Under the pieces are notes generated by a model. It was given only the letters and a program-made list of their open reading frames with translations, had not been told where the DNA came from and searched no databases. From positions 24,745 to 88,744 of the IMG/VR virus record IMGVR_UViG_3300044719_000028: a stretch of 64,000 nucleotides of DNA; one strand, 5' to 3'. Shown here piece by piece: positions 19,414 through 28,255 of the stretch. The stretch comes from a virus. Taxonomy: Duplodnaviria > Caudoviricetes. Position numbers and translations under genes: made by a program. The first letter of the stretch is position 1, and every line of letters starts with the position of its first letter.

Positions 19414-21273
19414 ATGATTAACTTCCCCTCAAACCCTACTTTAAATCAAGTGTACACATTTGGTGTAAAAACTTGGAAATGGAATGGTCGCGCTTGGGAT
19501 TTGCAGACTATCAGTGATGTACAAGTGCAGCGTGCTGAGACTGCTGCCACAAACGCACAAGCATCTGCAAATGCTCTCCGGGTAGCTGATTACGCAGCGC
19601 TACGTTCACTTACAGCAAATGTGCCCGTCGTTTACGTTAGCGGGTATGCAACAACAACATCCCCATCGGGCATTGCGGGAACGTTTGTTAGGGACGACGC
19701 GGACACCACAAGTCTTGACAATGCTGCGACTGTTATTGTCGATAGTAGTGGCAGGAGGTGGAAACGGCAGTACAGTGGTGCCGTGTTGCCACAATGGTTT
19801 GGTGCCAGAGGCGACGGTGTAACCGACGATACAGCAGCGATACAAGCAGCACTGGATGCCTCCTACGCCGTGTTTCTTCCAAATGGCAGATACAAGATCA
19901 CCTCCCCTTTGATTTTCGATACAAGTGTTACTCTTACTGCTAACAAGCGAGGCGCAACAATCGTAGCTGGCAGCGGTTTTGCTGCTGGTAATATCTCCCG
20001 TACATATGTTGACAGTAACTCTGTTACGCAAACCTTGACGTGGAATGACAAGGCGGCAATGTATCTTGTCTGTCCTAATAATAGTTACTTAACAGATGTT
20101 ACCATTGACGGCGTGAGCTTTGATCTGCCTTCTGATGGCAGTATCGGTGCCATCAATGGTAAGCGCATCTGCTATTCCAATTTCTCCAATCTTTTCTGTA
20201 ACTATTCTGCCTATTTCGCTAAAGGTTACGACATGTGGGAGATTGGTTGGGAAAATATTCGTTCTCGTTTCAGTAAAGATCACTTCAACCTTGACACCGG
20301 CACGAGTAACACATTTACGAACGTTGCATGCGATACGAAGAATAGCAGTGGTGGCACAGGGTTTACGTTCAAGAATCTGAATTACTCGTTTATGTCAGGT
20401 TGTGCAGCAGACAGTCTTGATCGTTGCTACTATTTCGATAATTCCAATTTCGTTGTATCTGGTTGTGGTGCCGAGTCATTCAGCCGTATTGCGCAAGCAG
20501 TTAACGGTGCCCAAGTGACGTTCATCGGGGGTGCACTGGAGATTTGGAAGATTTCCAGCTTCACAGGAACTGCAACCCCCTATGATTTTAGTGGAGCTAA
20601 CACAAAGATCAAATTCTTCGGCACTTGGCTTGGTATTAGGAATCCCGCTTCTGCTGGCGGAAACTACGACAAGATGGCTATCACGGGTGGCGCAGATGTT
20701 GTCATGGACGGACGTGGACCGACTGAAATTGCATCTAAATGGTGGTACATCGCAGGCACTGACTCTGCATTGACAGTGAAGGATTCGTCAACTGGTGTCA
20801 CCTATTACAACCAATATGGTGCAAGTCGTAGAAGCGCAACTTCAAGCATGAAGGCGTTTGAAACCACGAAGACGATTGCTGCGGGTTCTGCGCAAGGCAT
20901 CTTCCGTATTAACAATGCGTCAGATGGGAGTTCTTACGGTGCAAACTGTTTTGGAGAAATTAAAGTTATGCTCCTCAACAGCTACAACCCTGATATTGGT
21001 TTTGTAGGCGCCCAGACATATCAGTTCGCATGCTACAGGGAGACCACAACAGCACAGAATCTGGTTAAAGTTGGTGACGCAACAGCGGTGACCAACACAG
21101 GAGGTGCCCCTCTTGGCACCATTACTGGTGTGCTTGTACGGAATGCCGATAACACGATTGATTTCCAGATTACGATTCCTTCGTCATACGGTACGACCAC
21201 TGTCACCGTTTTTGTGGAGTATATGAATAACGTTGGTGGAAATCCTGCATCTGAAGTAATTACGAGTCTGTAA
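19414..21273 (+). CDS. Tailspike 2, pectate-lyase-like beta-helix depolymerase
   Basis: WFGARGDGVTDDTAAIQAALD motif and a short N-terminal FPSNPTLNQVY...WKWNG module. Confidence 0.8.
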   Translation: MINFPSNPTLNQVYTFGVKTWKWNGRAWDLQTISDVQVQRAETAATNAQASANALRVADYAALRSLTANVPVVYVSGYATTTSPSGIAGTFVRDDADTTSLDNAATVIVDSSGRRWKRQYSGAVLPQWFGARGDGVTDDTAAIQAALDASYAVFLPNGRYKITSPLIFDTSVTLTANKRGATIVAGSGFAAGNISRTYVDSNSVTQTLTWNDKAAMYLVCPNNSYLTDVTIDGVSFDLPSDGSIGAINGKRICYSNFSNLFCNYSAYFAKGYDMWEIGWENIRSRFSKDHFNLDTGTSNTFTNVACDTKNSSGGTGFTFKNLNYSFMSGCAADSLDRCYYFDNSNFVVSGCGAESFSRIAQAVNGAQVTFIGGALEIWKISSFTGTATPYDFSGANTKIKFFGTWLGIRNPASAGGNYDKMAITGGADVVMDGRGPTEIASKWWYIAGTDSALTVKDSSTGVTYYNQYGASRRSATSSMKAFETTKTIAAGSAQGIFRINNASDGSSYGANCFGEIKVMLLNSYNPDIGFVGAQTYQFACYRETTTAQNLVKVGDATAVTNTGGAPLGTITGVLVRNADNTIDFQITIPSSYGTTTVTVFVEYMNNVGGNPASEVITSL

Positions 21274-21323
21274 TACCTGCACGTTGGGTCCAACAAGACT
21301 AATGAAGATTGATAGGAAATATA

Positions 21324-22346
21324 ATGGCAATTACACCTCTACCAACTCCTCCTAATAGGAGCGACCCCAATAACTTCGCTGTTAGGGCTGATGCGTTCAT
21401 GGCGGCACTCCCTACGTTTGCCTCTGAAGCGAATGCCTTAGCGTCCACAATGACCAGCATTGCATCAGGCGGTGCAATATCTATCCCTTACAAGTTTGAT
21501 ACGGCAACAACGAACGCCGATCCGGGCGCTGGTAAGCTTAGGTTGTCTAGTGGCACGCAGAACACAGCAACGGCAATTTACCTTGATTTGCTCGGTTCAG
21601 ATAACACAGACTACAGTGCTGTCACTAATACATTCGATGCATCCACTAGTGCAACCAAGGGATACATCATGCTGCGCAAAGCCGGAGACGTTTCTAAATG
21701 GCTTCTGTTCAGCGTTACAGGCAGGGCTGTTGTGTCGGGCTACAGGGCATTCAACGTGACTTATGTTGCAGGTACATCGGCCAGTCCTTTCGCACTGAAT
21801 GATAATATCACATTGCAATATACACCTAACGGCGATAAGGGGGATATCGGGGCAACACCAACACAGTATTTTACACTGCTTCAGAGTGCAACGATTCCTT
21901 CCGGTGTGGCTTATGTAGATTTCTTAACCGTGTTTTCATCTGGCTACGACCACTACATGATTGACTTAGCGGGTGTTAACGTTTCTAATGCAACGTCGTT
22001 AAACTTTTATTTTGTTACTGGTGGAAGTGTCGTGGATTCTTCCAACAATTACTATCTTGGCGCGGACGGTGCGTCATCTATAACTCCTGCTACATCTTTC
22101 TCATTTGGTATTCTTTCAGCGAGCAATCCTTCTACACTAACTGCCACACTCGAAGTGAAGAATGCGAATTCTGCGAGCATCCCGAAAAGCTTTTCTGTCA
22201 GAGGAAATAGTAATCTTGCGATATTTGTCAAAGAGGGAGTTTGGTACGTAACCAATGCTGCACCGACAGGCTTCCGTATTATGCCCGGTAACTCTTTTAC
22301 TTTCACTGGCGGCACTATCAAAGTGTACGGCATTAAAAATAGCTGA
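21324..22346 (+). CDS. Tail fibre 3
   Basis: Begins with the same MAITPLPTPP...RADAF module as gene 17393. Confidence 0.65.
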   Translation: MAITPLPTPPNRSDPNNFAVRADAFMAALPTFASEANALASTMTSIASGGAISIPYKFDTATTNADPGAGKLRLSSGTQNTATAIYLDLLGSDNTDYSAVTNTFDASTSATKGYIMLRKAGDVSKWLLFSVTGRAVVSGYRAFNVTYVAGTSASPFALNDNITLQYTPNGDKGDIGATPTQYFTLLQSATIPSGVAYVDFLTVFSSGYDHYMIDLAGVNVSNATSLNFYFVTGGSVVDSSNNYYLGADGASSITPATSFSFGILSASNPSTLTATLEVKNANSASIPKSFSVRGNSNLAIFVKEGVWYVTNAAPTGFRIMPGNSFTFTGGTIKVYGIKNS

Positions 22347-22356
22347 TGGAGGCTTT

Positions 22357-22692
22357 ATGACGTTTCAAGTATTGGTAGATGGTGAGTTACGGGACGCCAC
22401 TCCAGAAGAGATTGCGGAATTGGAAGCATTACGTGCATCCGAGAGGCAGATTGTACCAGCACAAGTGACAATGAGGCAAGCCCGTCTTGCCTTGTTTAAC
22501 GCTGGGAAGCTCGCTAATGTAGACGCAGCAATTAACTCCCTCCCAAGCCCTCAGAAAGAGGTGGCTCAGATTGAGTGGGAGTTCTCCAGCACTGTAGAGC
22601 GAGGCAGGGATATTACGACAAGTATTGCAACTGCCCTTGGTATGAGTGAACAGGATTTGGACAACTTGTTTATCGAAGCTTCTAAACTATAA
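22357..22692 (+). CDS. Probable tail fibre assembly/accessory protein
   Basis: VPAQVTMRQARLAL...QIEWE motif, after the fibre gene. Confidence 0.5.
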   Translation: MTFQVLVDGELRDATPEEIAELEALRASERQIVPAQVTMRQARLALFNAGKLANVDAAINSLPSPQKEVAQIEWEFSSTVERGRDITTSIATALGMSEQDLDNLFIEASKL

Positions 22693-22700
22693 GGACATGC

Positions 22701-23210
22701 ATGAAATACTCTGAATTTAAGAAAGTATGCCAGAGCGGGGATTTAATAGCAGTGAGCCACCAAGAGTGGGAGAGCATTTCTGATATAGAGTCGCAGATTG
22801 TCCGCATGGCTACTGAATCAGAGTATAGCCATGTGTGCGTACTTGTCAAAGATAATGATGGAAAGCCTTGCGTCCTAGAAGCTGTAGTTCCTGAAGTGAC
22901 TGTTAGCCCGCTTACGAAGTATTTGAATAGTGGCTTCTACCATATTGCCACACCAGACAAACCAATGAGCAAGGAAGAAGAAGCTTACGGGATGTCTAAA
23001 GTAGGTCAGAGCTATTCCAAGCTAGAAGCAGTTGCTGGATATCTTGACTTGCTTCCTATTGGTGGGGATGAGCTTTGGCAATGCAGCGAGCTTACGATTG
23101 CTATGCGTAAGCTTTCAGGATTGGACCTTGGGCCACATGCTACACCGGCAGCAGTAGTAAAACAAGCCCTTTTGCGGGGATATGAACTCAAACTGATTGA
23201 AAGGGATTGA
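22701..23210 (+). CDS. Permuted papain-like (NlpC/P60, YaeF/YiiX-type) protein
   Basis: GDLI...YSHVCV...W.CSEL, with His before Cys. Confidence 0.7.
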   Translation: MKYSEFKKVCQSGDLIAVSHQEWESISDIESQIVRMATESEYSHVCVLVKDNDGKPCVLEAVVPEVTVSPLTKYLNSGFYHIATPDKPMSKEEEAYGMSKVGQSYSKLEAVAGYLDLLPIGGDELWQCSELTIAMRKLSGLDLGPHATPAAVVKQALLRGYELKLIERD

Positions 23211-23213
23211 TAT

Positions 23214-23495
23214 ATGGACTACTCGTTGTTTCTCGGACCTGTACAGGCATTGTTGGGTGCTCTCTGCGCAGTGCTGTGGGCGAGTTTGACAGAGACGAAG
23301 AAGAAGGCTGAGAAGGTGGAAGCAGACCTTGCGCAGTTCAAGGTGGACGCAGCAACGAATTTCACCACTAAACATGAGATGCGTGCAGCTATTGAGTCTC
23401 TTAGCAAAGTTATCGAAGCGCAAGGCAACCGCATCGAAAGCCGTTTCGATAAAATTGAAGATCGTCTGAGCAAGATGTTGGAGCACAAGGACTGA
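23214..23495 (+). CDS. Putative holin/antiholin-like membrane protein
   Basis: One N-terminal hydrophobic helix plus a coiled coil, directly upstream of the endolysin. Confidence 0.45.
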   Translation: MDYSLFLGPVQALLGALCAVLWASLTETKKKAEKVEADLAQFKVDAATNFTTKHEMRAAIESLSKVIEAQGNRIESRFDKIEDRLSKMLEHKD

Positions 23496-23496
23496 C

Positions 23497-24030
23497 ATGG
23501 ACATCACGCTTGAACAGTTGGTAGCCATTTCTCCTTACACCAAATCTCGTGCAAGCGTATTCCTGCCTTACCTCAACGCTGCTATGAGGGAGTTTGACAT
23601 TACAACTCCACTGCGTCAAGCAGCGTTTCTTGGGCAGATATTACACGAGAGCGGGAGTTTGGTGTACACGGAAGAGATTGCATCTGGCAAGGCATACAAT
23701 GGGAGAGTTGATCTTGGTAACACTCAACCGGGAGATGGAGAACGCTTTAAAGGCAGATCGCTAATTCAGATCACAGGGCGTGTAAATTACGTCAAGGTGA
23801 TGCTTGCCCTTGGAATCGATTGTCTTGTTCATCCAGAGATGTTGGCACAGCCTGAAAACGCTTGTAGGGCATCGGCATGGTGGTGGCACGATCATAAGTT
23901 AAATGAGATTGCAGACCTAGGCACACAAGACGCTTATCGAAAAATAACCAGAACTATTAATGGCGGCTACAACGGATGGGAGGATCGTCTTGCCATCTAT
24001 AACCTAGCAAGAGAGGTGTTGGGATGTTAG
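23497..24030 (+). CDS. Endolysin, glycoside hydrolase family 19
   Basis: AAFLGQILHESG, FKGRSLIQITGRVNY and ITRTINGGYNGWEDR motifs. Confidence 0.9.
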   Translation: MDITLEQLVAISPYTKSRASVFLPYLNAAMREFDITTPLRQAAFLGQILHESGSLVYTEEIASGKAYNGRVDLGNTQPGDGERFKGRSLIQITGRVNYVKVMLALGIDCLVHPEMLAQPENACRASAWWWHDHKLNEIADLGTQDAYRKITRTINGGYNGWEDRLAIYNLAREVLGC

Positions 24031-24482
24031 AGAAGATGAAGGCTCTGATGAGCCTGTTTAAACAGGGGTCGGCTGTTGCTGATCCTGCAAAATGGAAGAA
24101 CCGGCAGATTAGCGCGACGATGCTTGCTGGCTTAATTATTGCTATTGTACAACTTGCACGAGCATTTGGGTATGAGATTCCGATTGACACTGACACGGCT
24201 ACAGCTATTGCAGGCGGGTTTATTGCTGTTTTTAACACTGTCTTCACAGTGGTCACAAGCAAGCACGTCGGACTGCCCACGAGCACCGTACGAGAAACCA
24301 AACAGGCTTTGCCAAGCGATGAACAGCCTGCCGAAGAAGAGTCCGCCACAGTGCAAGTTGAAGCCACATCTAATGATGGACGAGGAGTTATTAATACATC
24401 AGTTGATGACGACGTACGTGCTCGTGCCATTGAATGGTCAAGACAACACACATCAACAAACGTATTCACAAATGATGCTTAA
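24024..24482 (+). CDS. Two-TM lysis-associated membrane protein
   Basis: Two hydrophobic segments and an acidic tail, overlapping the endolysin stop. Confidence 0.45.
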   Translation: MLEKMKALMSLFKQGSAVADPAKWKNRQISATMLAGLIIAIVQLARAFGYEIPIDTDTATAIAGGFIAVFNTVFTVVTSKHVGLPTSTVRETKQALPSDEQPAEEESATVQVEATSNDGRGVINTSVDDDVRARAIEWSRQHTSTNVFTNDA

Positions 24483-24496
24483 CTCCGTCAAGGGAG

Positions 24497-24630
24497 TTGA
24501 CATCACGTTGAAATGTCGATTATGATTAAAAGCGTGAGATAGCACTAACTGGCCCTCACGCTTTCCCTTAAGCGTCTTTGGTAGAGACTGCTTTAGCCCC
24601 TTCACCGTGAGGTGTTGGGGCATTTTTATT
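24497..24630 (+). ncRNA. Candidate ~95-100 nt small RNA with its own promoter
   Basis: TTGACA-18bp-TATGAT, then three hairpins and a T-rich tail, with no ORF. Confidence 0.35.
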
Positions 24631-24631
24631 A

Positions 24632-24904
24632 TCAGGCTGCTTGTTGTTGTGCGCCTTTTGCAAACGCCTTGATATCATTGTAGAAAGTCACGAACGCAGC
24701 GATAACTTCGGTGATGTGGCTCAGCAGAGCATCGAACGGCATCGGGGGGCTAGAAGCTTCGTAGATCGATTTGATAATTGCAACTGCAAGGTCTTTCTTC
24801 TTGGCGCCATTGCCTGCACCGACAGCAGCTTCAACGTTCTTAACAGTGTCGCTGATGACTGGCAGCAGAGGGGCGACAACTTTACCAACAGTGATGATGT
24901 TCAT
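24632..24904 (-). CDS. Hypothetical amphipathic protein
   Basis: 90 aa, RBS aaggaaa, own promoter and GC3-rich codons. Confidence 0.7.
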   Translation of the reverse strand: MNIITVGKVVAPLLPVISDTVKNVEAAVGAGNGAKKKDLAVAIIKSIYEASSPPMPFDALLSHITEVIAAFVTFYNDIKAFAKGAQQQAA

Positions 24905-25019
24905 TTGATCTTTTCCTTAATTTAACTTGGTAGAGGTTAGTGTTTGTGCTTCGTGGCCGTTCGGCTCTTGTTCTGTCTGTTTCCTAGGGAAATCCTTGTT
25001 CTGAATCAACCCTGAAGTA

Positions 25020-25048
25020 AGGATATCCTCAGGAAACATTACTGTCAA
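25020..25048 (-). promoter_or_regulatory. Sigma70 promoter for gene 24904
   Basis: TTGACA-17bp-TATCCT on the minus strand. Confidence 0.6.
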
Positions 25049-25138
25049 TCCATATTTGAGATAAATCACGCTCTATAGCAACAGCATATACATGATCTTG
25101 TGTAAATGTTGCGTGAATTGTCACAGTGACTGTCAGTT

Positions 25139-25156
25139 AGTCATCTCAAGATGACT
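25139..25156 (-). terminator. Hairpin at the end of the minus-strand operon
   Basis: agtcatc-tcaa-gatgact abutting the stop codon at 25157. Confidence 0.5.
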
Positions 25157-25420
25157 TTATTCATCGACCGCTTTACTCAGAGCATCAAGAGTTTCCGCTT
25201 CGGCAACGATGTCCTTGGTGGTGGCTTTGTAGCGAGCCGTGATGAACTTACGAACGATCTTTTTGTCAAGCTTCATCTTGTCCGATGCCTCTTGAACAAG
25301 GGTCTTGAAGTCTTCTGCGAGAGCTTCTTTCTCAGCCAGCACGTTGATGCCACGGCGCAGGAAGTTGGTCAGTTCGTCTGCATTCACAGTTGCGTTATCG
25401 ATGGTGATCGTCTTAGTCAT
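25157..25420 (-). CDS. dsDNA-binding protein, T4 DsbA/GapR-like
   Basis: 87 aa with EDFKTLVQEASDKMKLDKKIVRKFITARYK, resembling the T4 DsbA pattern. Confidence 0.55.
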   Translation of the reverse strand: MTKTITIDNATVNADELTNFLRRGINVLAEKEALAEDFKTLVQEASDKMKLDKKIVRKFITARYKATTKDIVAEAETLDALSKAVDE

Positions 25421-25430
25421 TGTTGATCCT

Positions 25431-26021
25431 TTAATCGTCAATATTTACAGTAAAATTTTTAAGTGCTTCGTATGCTCGTGGATCGATTTTGTCTTTCCAC
25501 TTTTCGGCAAGAAGTTTAGCTATTTCTTCCTTGCGATTCTTATATGCGAGGAATGCTTCTTCTGGAGTTTCAAAGTAACCAATTTTCCGGTATAACCCTG
25601 TTCCGGATGAAGCACATTCTGCACAAAACTTGTGTCTCCGATCTTGGCAATAAGAAACACCAATAGGATATTTACCTCTGGCCCGTTTAGATTTTGTAAG
25701 AAACTGGTTGATTGCCTTGGGGAGAAATACGCAAGTCTCCGAAGAATAAACTTTTCCAAAACTTGACAACAAATCTTTATCTAACTGGAAGTTTTCTTCG
25801 CAGTATCCTACTTGAGTTTGACACCAATCCGCAAACTCTTGAAAGTCTTTAAAGGACACTTCAACACCTTTGTATGTTGGATTTCGCTCCAACATCTTTC
25901 CAGATGTTCTACTTTGGATCGCCCACCAAAGCATTCCTGCCTTTGTATATACCCTGCCTTTCCCAGTCCCTACATACCAAACCCAACCTCCGTCGGAATG
26001 CTTAAAGTCCGGTATCTTCAT
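25431..26021 (-). CDS. Free-standing His-Me/HNH-like endonuclease with an AP2-like C-terminus
   Basis: FQEFADW...LDKDLL...Y...TCVFLPKAIN and GYFETPEEAFLAYK. Confidence 0.7.
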   Translation of the reverse strand: MKIPDFKHSDGGWVWYVGTGKGRVYTKAGMLWWAIQSRTSGKMLERNPTYKGVEVSFKDFQEFADWCQTQVGYCEENFQLDKDLLSSFGKVYSSETCVFLPKAINQFLTKSKRARGKYPIGVSYCQDRRHKFCAECASSGTGLYRKIGYFETPEEAFLAYKNRKEEIAKLLAEKWKDKIDPRAYEALKNFTVNIDD

Positions 26022-26221
26022 TTCACTTTTTGCTCACGGCGCTCGCGCTTTTCCCAATTTATCCAAGTACCTTGCTCAGCACTGTTATGAAACAACTTGC
26101 CACGTTTAAGAGCCTTCACAACCCCGTTGGCTGCTGCACGGCGACTACGGTAAGCCTCGAAAGATTCGCCTTCACCTCGTACCAGAGTGTTGTAAGCGGT
26201 TTGAGTAGTTTGTTTAGTCAT
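26018..26221 (-). CDS. Hypothetical protein
   Basis: 67 aa, coupled to its neighbours by ATGA overlaps. Confidence 0.6.
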   Translation of the reverse strand: MTKQTTQTAYNTLVRGEGESFEAYRSRRAAANGVVKALKRGKLFHNSAEQGTWINWEKRERREQKVK

Positions 26222-26523
26222 TCAAATTCTCCGTCATATTTGTATTCACTAGAATTGTTGATCGCCCAAGGGTAGTCATCAATCCACACATCAATAAGAA
26301 CACCGTTCTTCTCGGTGTACTCTTTCTTAGCTTGCAGGTCAGTGGCGAAGAATCCGTGCACTTTCCCGTCAAGCTTTTCATACACTTCAGGCATCATTCC
26401 TTCGTTACGCCAAGTCACCAAATAAATCTTATGACCCGCTTTGCGGAAGATGTCTAGCACTTTGTCCCATGTTGCAGGGTCACGAGTGTATGTGTCATCG
26501 AAGTCGATCCCTATGTTCATCAA
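26218..26523 (-). CDS. HAD-superfamily phosphatase-like protein
   Basis: DFDDT motif I, VT motif II, and WIDD. Confidence 0.7.
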   Translation of the reverse strand: MMNIGIDFDDTYTRDPATWDKVLDIFRKAGHKIYLVTWRNEGMMPEVYEKLDGKVHGFFATDLQAKKEYTEKNGVLIDVWIDDYPWAINNSSEYKYDGEFE

Positions 26524-26693
26524 GCTTCTTCTACACTAAAGTACGAAACAAAGTTTTTATTAAAGCCGACTCGTGGGCTGTATTTAGAATCCCCTCGGTA
26601 AAGATAAAGAAAGTCTCCCTCTTCACCTACAGCCACGACATCCTCTACGACATTCGTGCAATCATTTCTAGTTGTTACGGTCACGGTGTACAT
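26520..26693 (-). CDS. Hypothetical protein (57 aa, not in the ORF track)
   Basis: MYTVTVTTRND...SVEEA*, fills the gap and overlaps the next start. Confidence 0.5.
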   Translation of the reverse strand: MYTVTVTTRNDCTNVVEDVVAVGEEGDFLYLYRGDSKYSPRVGFNKNFVSYFSVEEA

Positions 26694-26721
26694 GATAGCC
26701 TTTTACGCAAATACCTCGCCG

Positions 26722-26904
26722 TTAGGCGAAAACCTGCACACGTTGCTTGCCACTCTCGTCCGTAAAGCTCGCCCACAGTTTACCTTTACCGACATACGCA
26801 CAAGCGTGAAACTCAGCATTGATGTGACGTGCAACCTGTTCTTTCGACACGCCAGTACGCAGGATGGCGTTAACTCGGGTAGCAATCTGTTCGATCATGT
26901 TCAT
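26722..26904 (-). CDS. Hypothetical protein
   Basis: 60 aa, first gene after promoter 26950. Confidence 0.55.
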   Translation of the reverse strand: MNMIEQIATRVNAILRTGVSKEQVARHINAEFHACAYVGKGKLWASFTDESGKQRVQVFA

Positions 26905-26949
26905 GTGTTTCTCCTTAAAATGTTTGTGTCGTTTGCTGCGACAGGAAGA

Positions 26950-26978
26950 ACTATACTCTTAACAATCCTTCCCGTCAA
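26950..26978 (-). promoter_or_regulatory. Sigma70 promoter
   Basis: TTGACG-17bp-TATAGT. Confidence 0.65.
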
Positions 26979-26991
26979 CAACAATTTTAAA

Positions 26992-27246
26992 TTATTTTAA
27001 TGCTTCAAACTGTTCGTCGGTAAGCGACTTAAATTTGTTGTAGTCGCCCATGTGCACAACAGTGTTGCCATCTTCCAAGAACACTTGCGGGACACTACGA
27101 AGGCCGCACTCTCGCATAACATTCATAGCCTCGTTGTCTTCGTAAATATCTACCTTCTTGTACGACACACCCTTGCGATCCAGCAGGTCAGCGAGTTGCC
27201 CGCAAGCCACACAGCTTGGCATAGAGTAAATCAGAATAGTTTTCAA
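26992..27246 (-). CDS. Glutaredoxin/NrdH-like redoxin
   Basis: CVAC active site and SVPQVF. The start is TTG 27246 or GTG 27258. Confidence 0.85.
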   Translation of the reverse strand: MKTILIYSMPSCVACGQLADLLDRKGVSYKKVDIYEDNEAMNVMRECGLRSVPQVFLEDGNTVVHMGDYNKFKSLTDEQFEALK

Positions 27247-28247
27247 AATGTATCCCACCCTTCCACAGCAGTAGACTGCGAATACTCAGTTACGTTGGTT
27301 TCAAAGAAGTTCTCCTTCTTTGCTTGATCCAAATATGCATAAGGGTCAGTGTTGAAACCTTTGTACAGAGTGCCTAATCCAACAACCTTTGCACGTTGGT
27401 TCGCCAAATGCTTCACCTTGGCTTCAGTAGAAGCTTTAGAAATACCAAGAATGTTATCTCCGTAAATAGCATGCCCCCAAGCGATTTCTTGCTGCACAGC
27501 CGTATCAATCACTGCACGAAGCATCTGCTTGTCATCTTCATCGAACAACTCTTTGATGAGATAGTTCATGAATGACACATGAGTCACTTCATCGTTCTCG
27601 ATATATTTAATTACCTTAGCCACGCCGACAGCTTTATTACGAGAAGCAAGCTGATAAAAATAATTGAAGCCGATGTAGAAGTAAATCCCCTCAAGAACGA
27701 AGTCAGCAGCAAGCGCCTTCTTAAAGTTCTTCTCAGTGCGATCCTTCACAAACTCTTCATACATGTTAGCAATCAGTTTGTTGCGTTCAAGCAACAGTGG
27801 ATTCGTACGCCAGTAGTTGTAAATCTCTTCCCTGTCAAGATTCGGGAACAACTCTTGCAAGATGTACTGATAACTCTGGCTATGTACAAGTTCCTGATAC
27901 GCCTGCACGGTGAATAGACCTGATACTTCCGGTGCAGTGATGTAGTCGGATAGAATTGGAAGATTCGCCACTTGCATACTATCCAACGCAATCAGAAACG
28001 AAAGCGTGTTCTTGAACGCTTCCATCTCGTCAGAGGTAAGCTCCTTGATTGTAACCTTGTCTTCAACCAGACTGACCTTCTGTGGAAGCCAGAAGTTGTT
28101 CTGCATGATGTTGACAAGGTTACTTGCCCATTTATACTTAACAGAGTTCAGATTCATAATGCCGGTGGAGTTACCACCGACAATCTGTTTGTCTGCAATG
28201 TCATCCGAGCCAAACTCGTTAAAAACCTTTTTTTGCTCTAGTTGCAT
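27243..28247 (-). CDS. nrdB: Ribonucleotide reductase class I beta subunit
   Basis: Di-iron ligands (ALD, ELVH, LEG, DEVTH) and the radical Tyr in HSQSY. Confidence 0.92.
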   Translation of the reverse strand: MQLEQKKVFNEFGSDDIADKQIVGGNSTGIMNLNSVKYKWASNLVNIMQNNFWLPQKVSLVEDKVTIKELTSDEMEAFKNTLSFLIALDSMQVANLPILSDYITAPEVSGLFTVQAYQELVHSQSYQYILQELFPNLDREEIYNYWRTNPLLLERNKLIANMYEEFVKDRTEKNFKKALAADFVLEGIYFYIGFNYFYQLASRNKAVGVAKVIKYIENDEVTHVSFMNYLIKELFDEDDKQMLRAVIDTAVQQEIAWGHAIYGDNILGISKASTEAKVKHLANQRAKVVGLGTLYKGFNTDPYAYLDQAKKENFFETNVTEYSQSTAVEGWDTF

Positions 28248-28255
28248 ATCTCTCC

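Noticed and set aside
24539-24554. Candidate sRNA loop matching the polymerase 3' end (ACTAACTGG, about 38467-38475)
   Set aside because: Only 9 nt, and in the same sense as the mRNA rather than antisense, so expected by chance.
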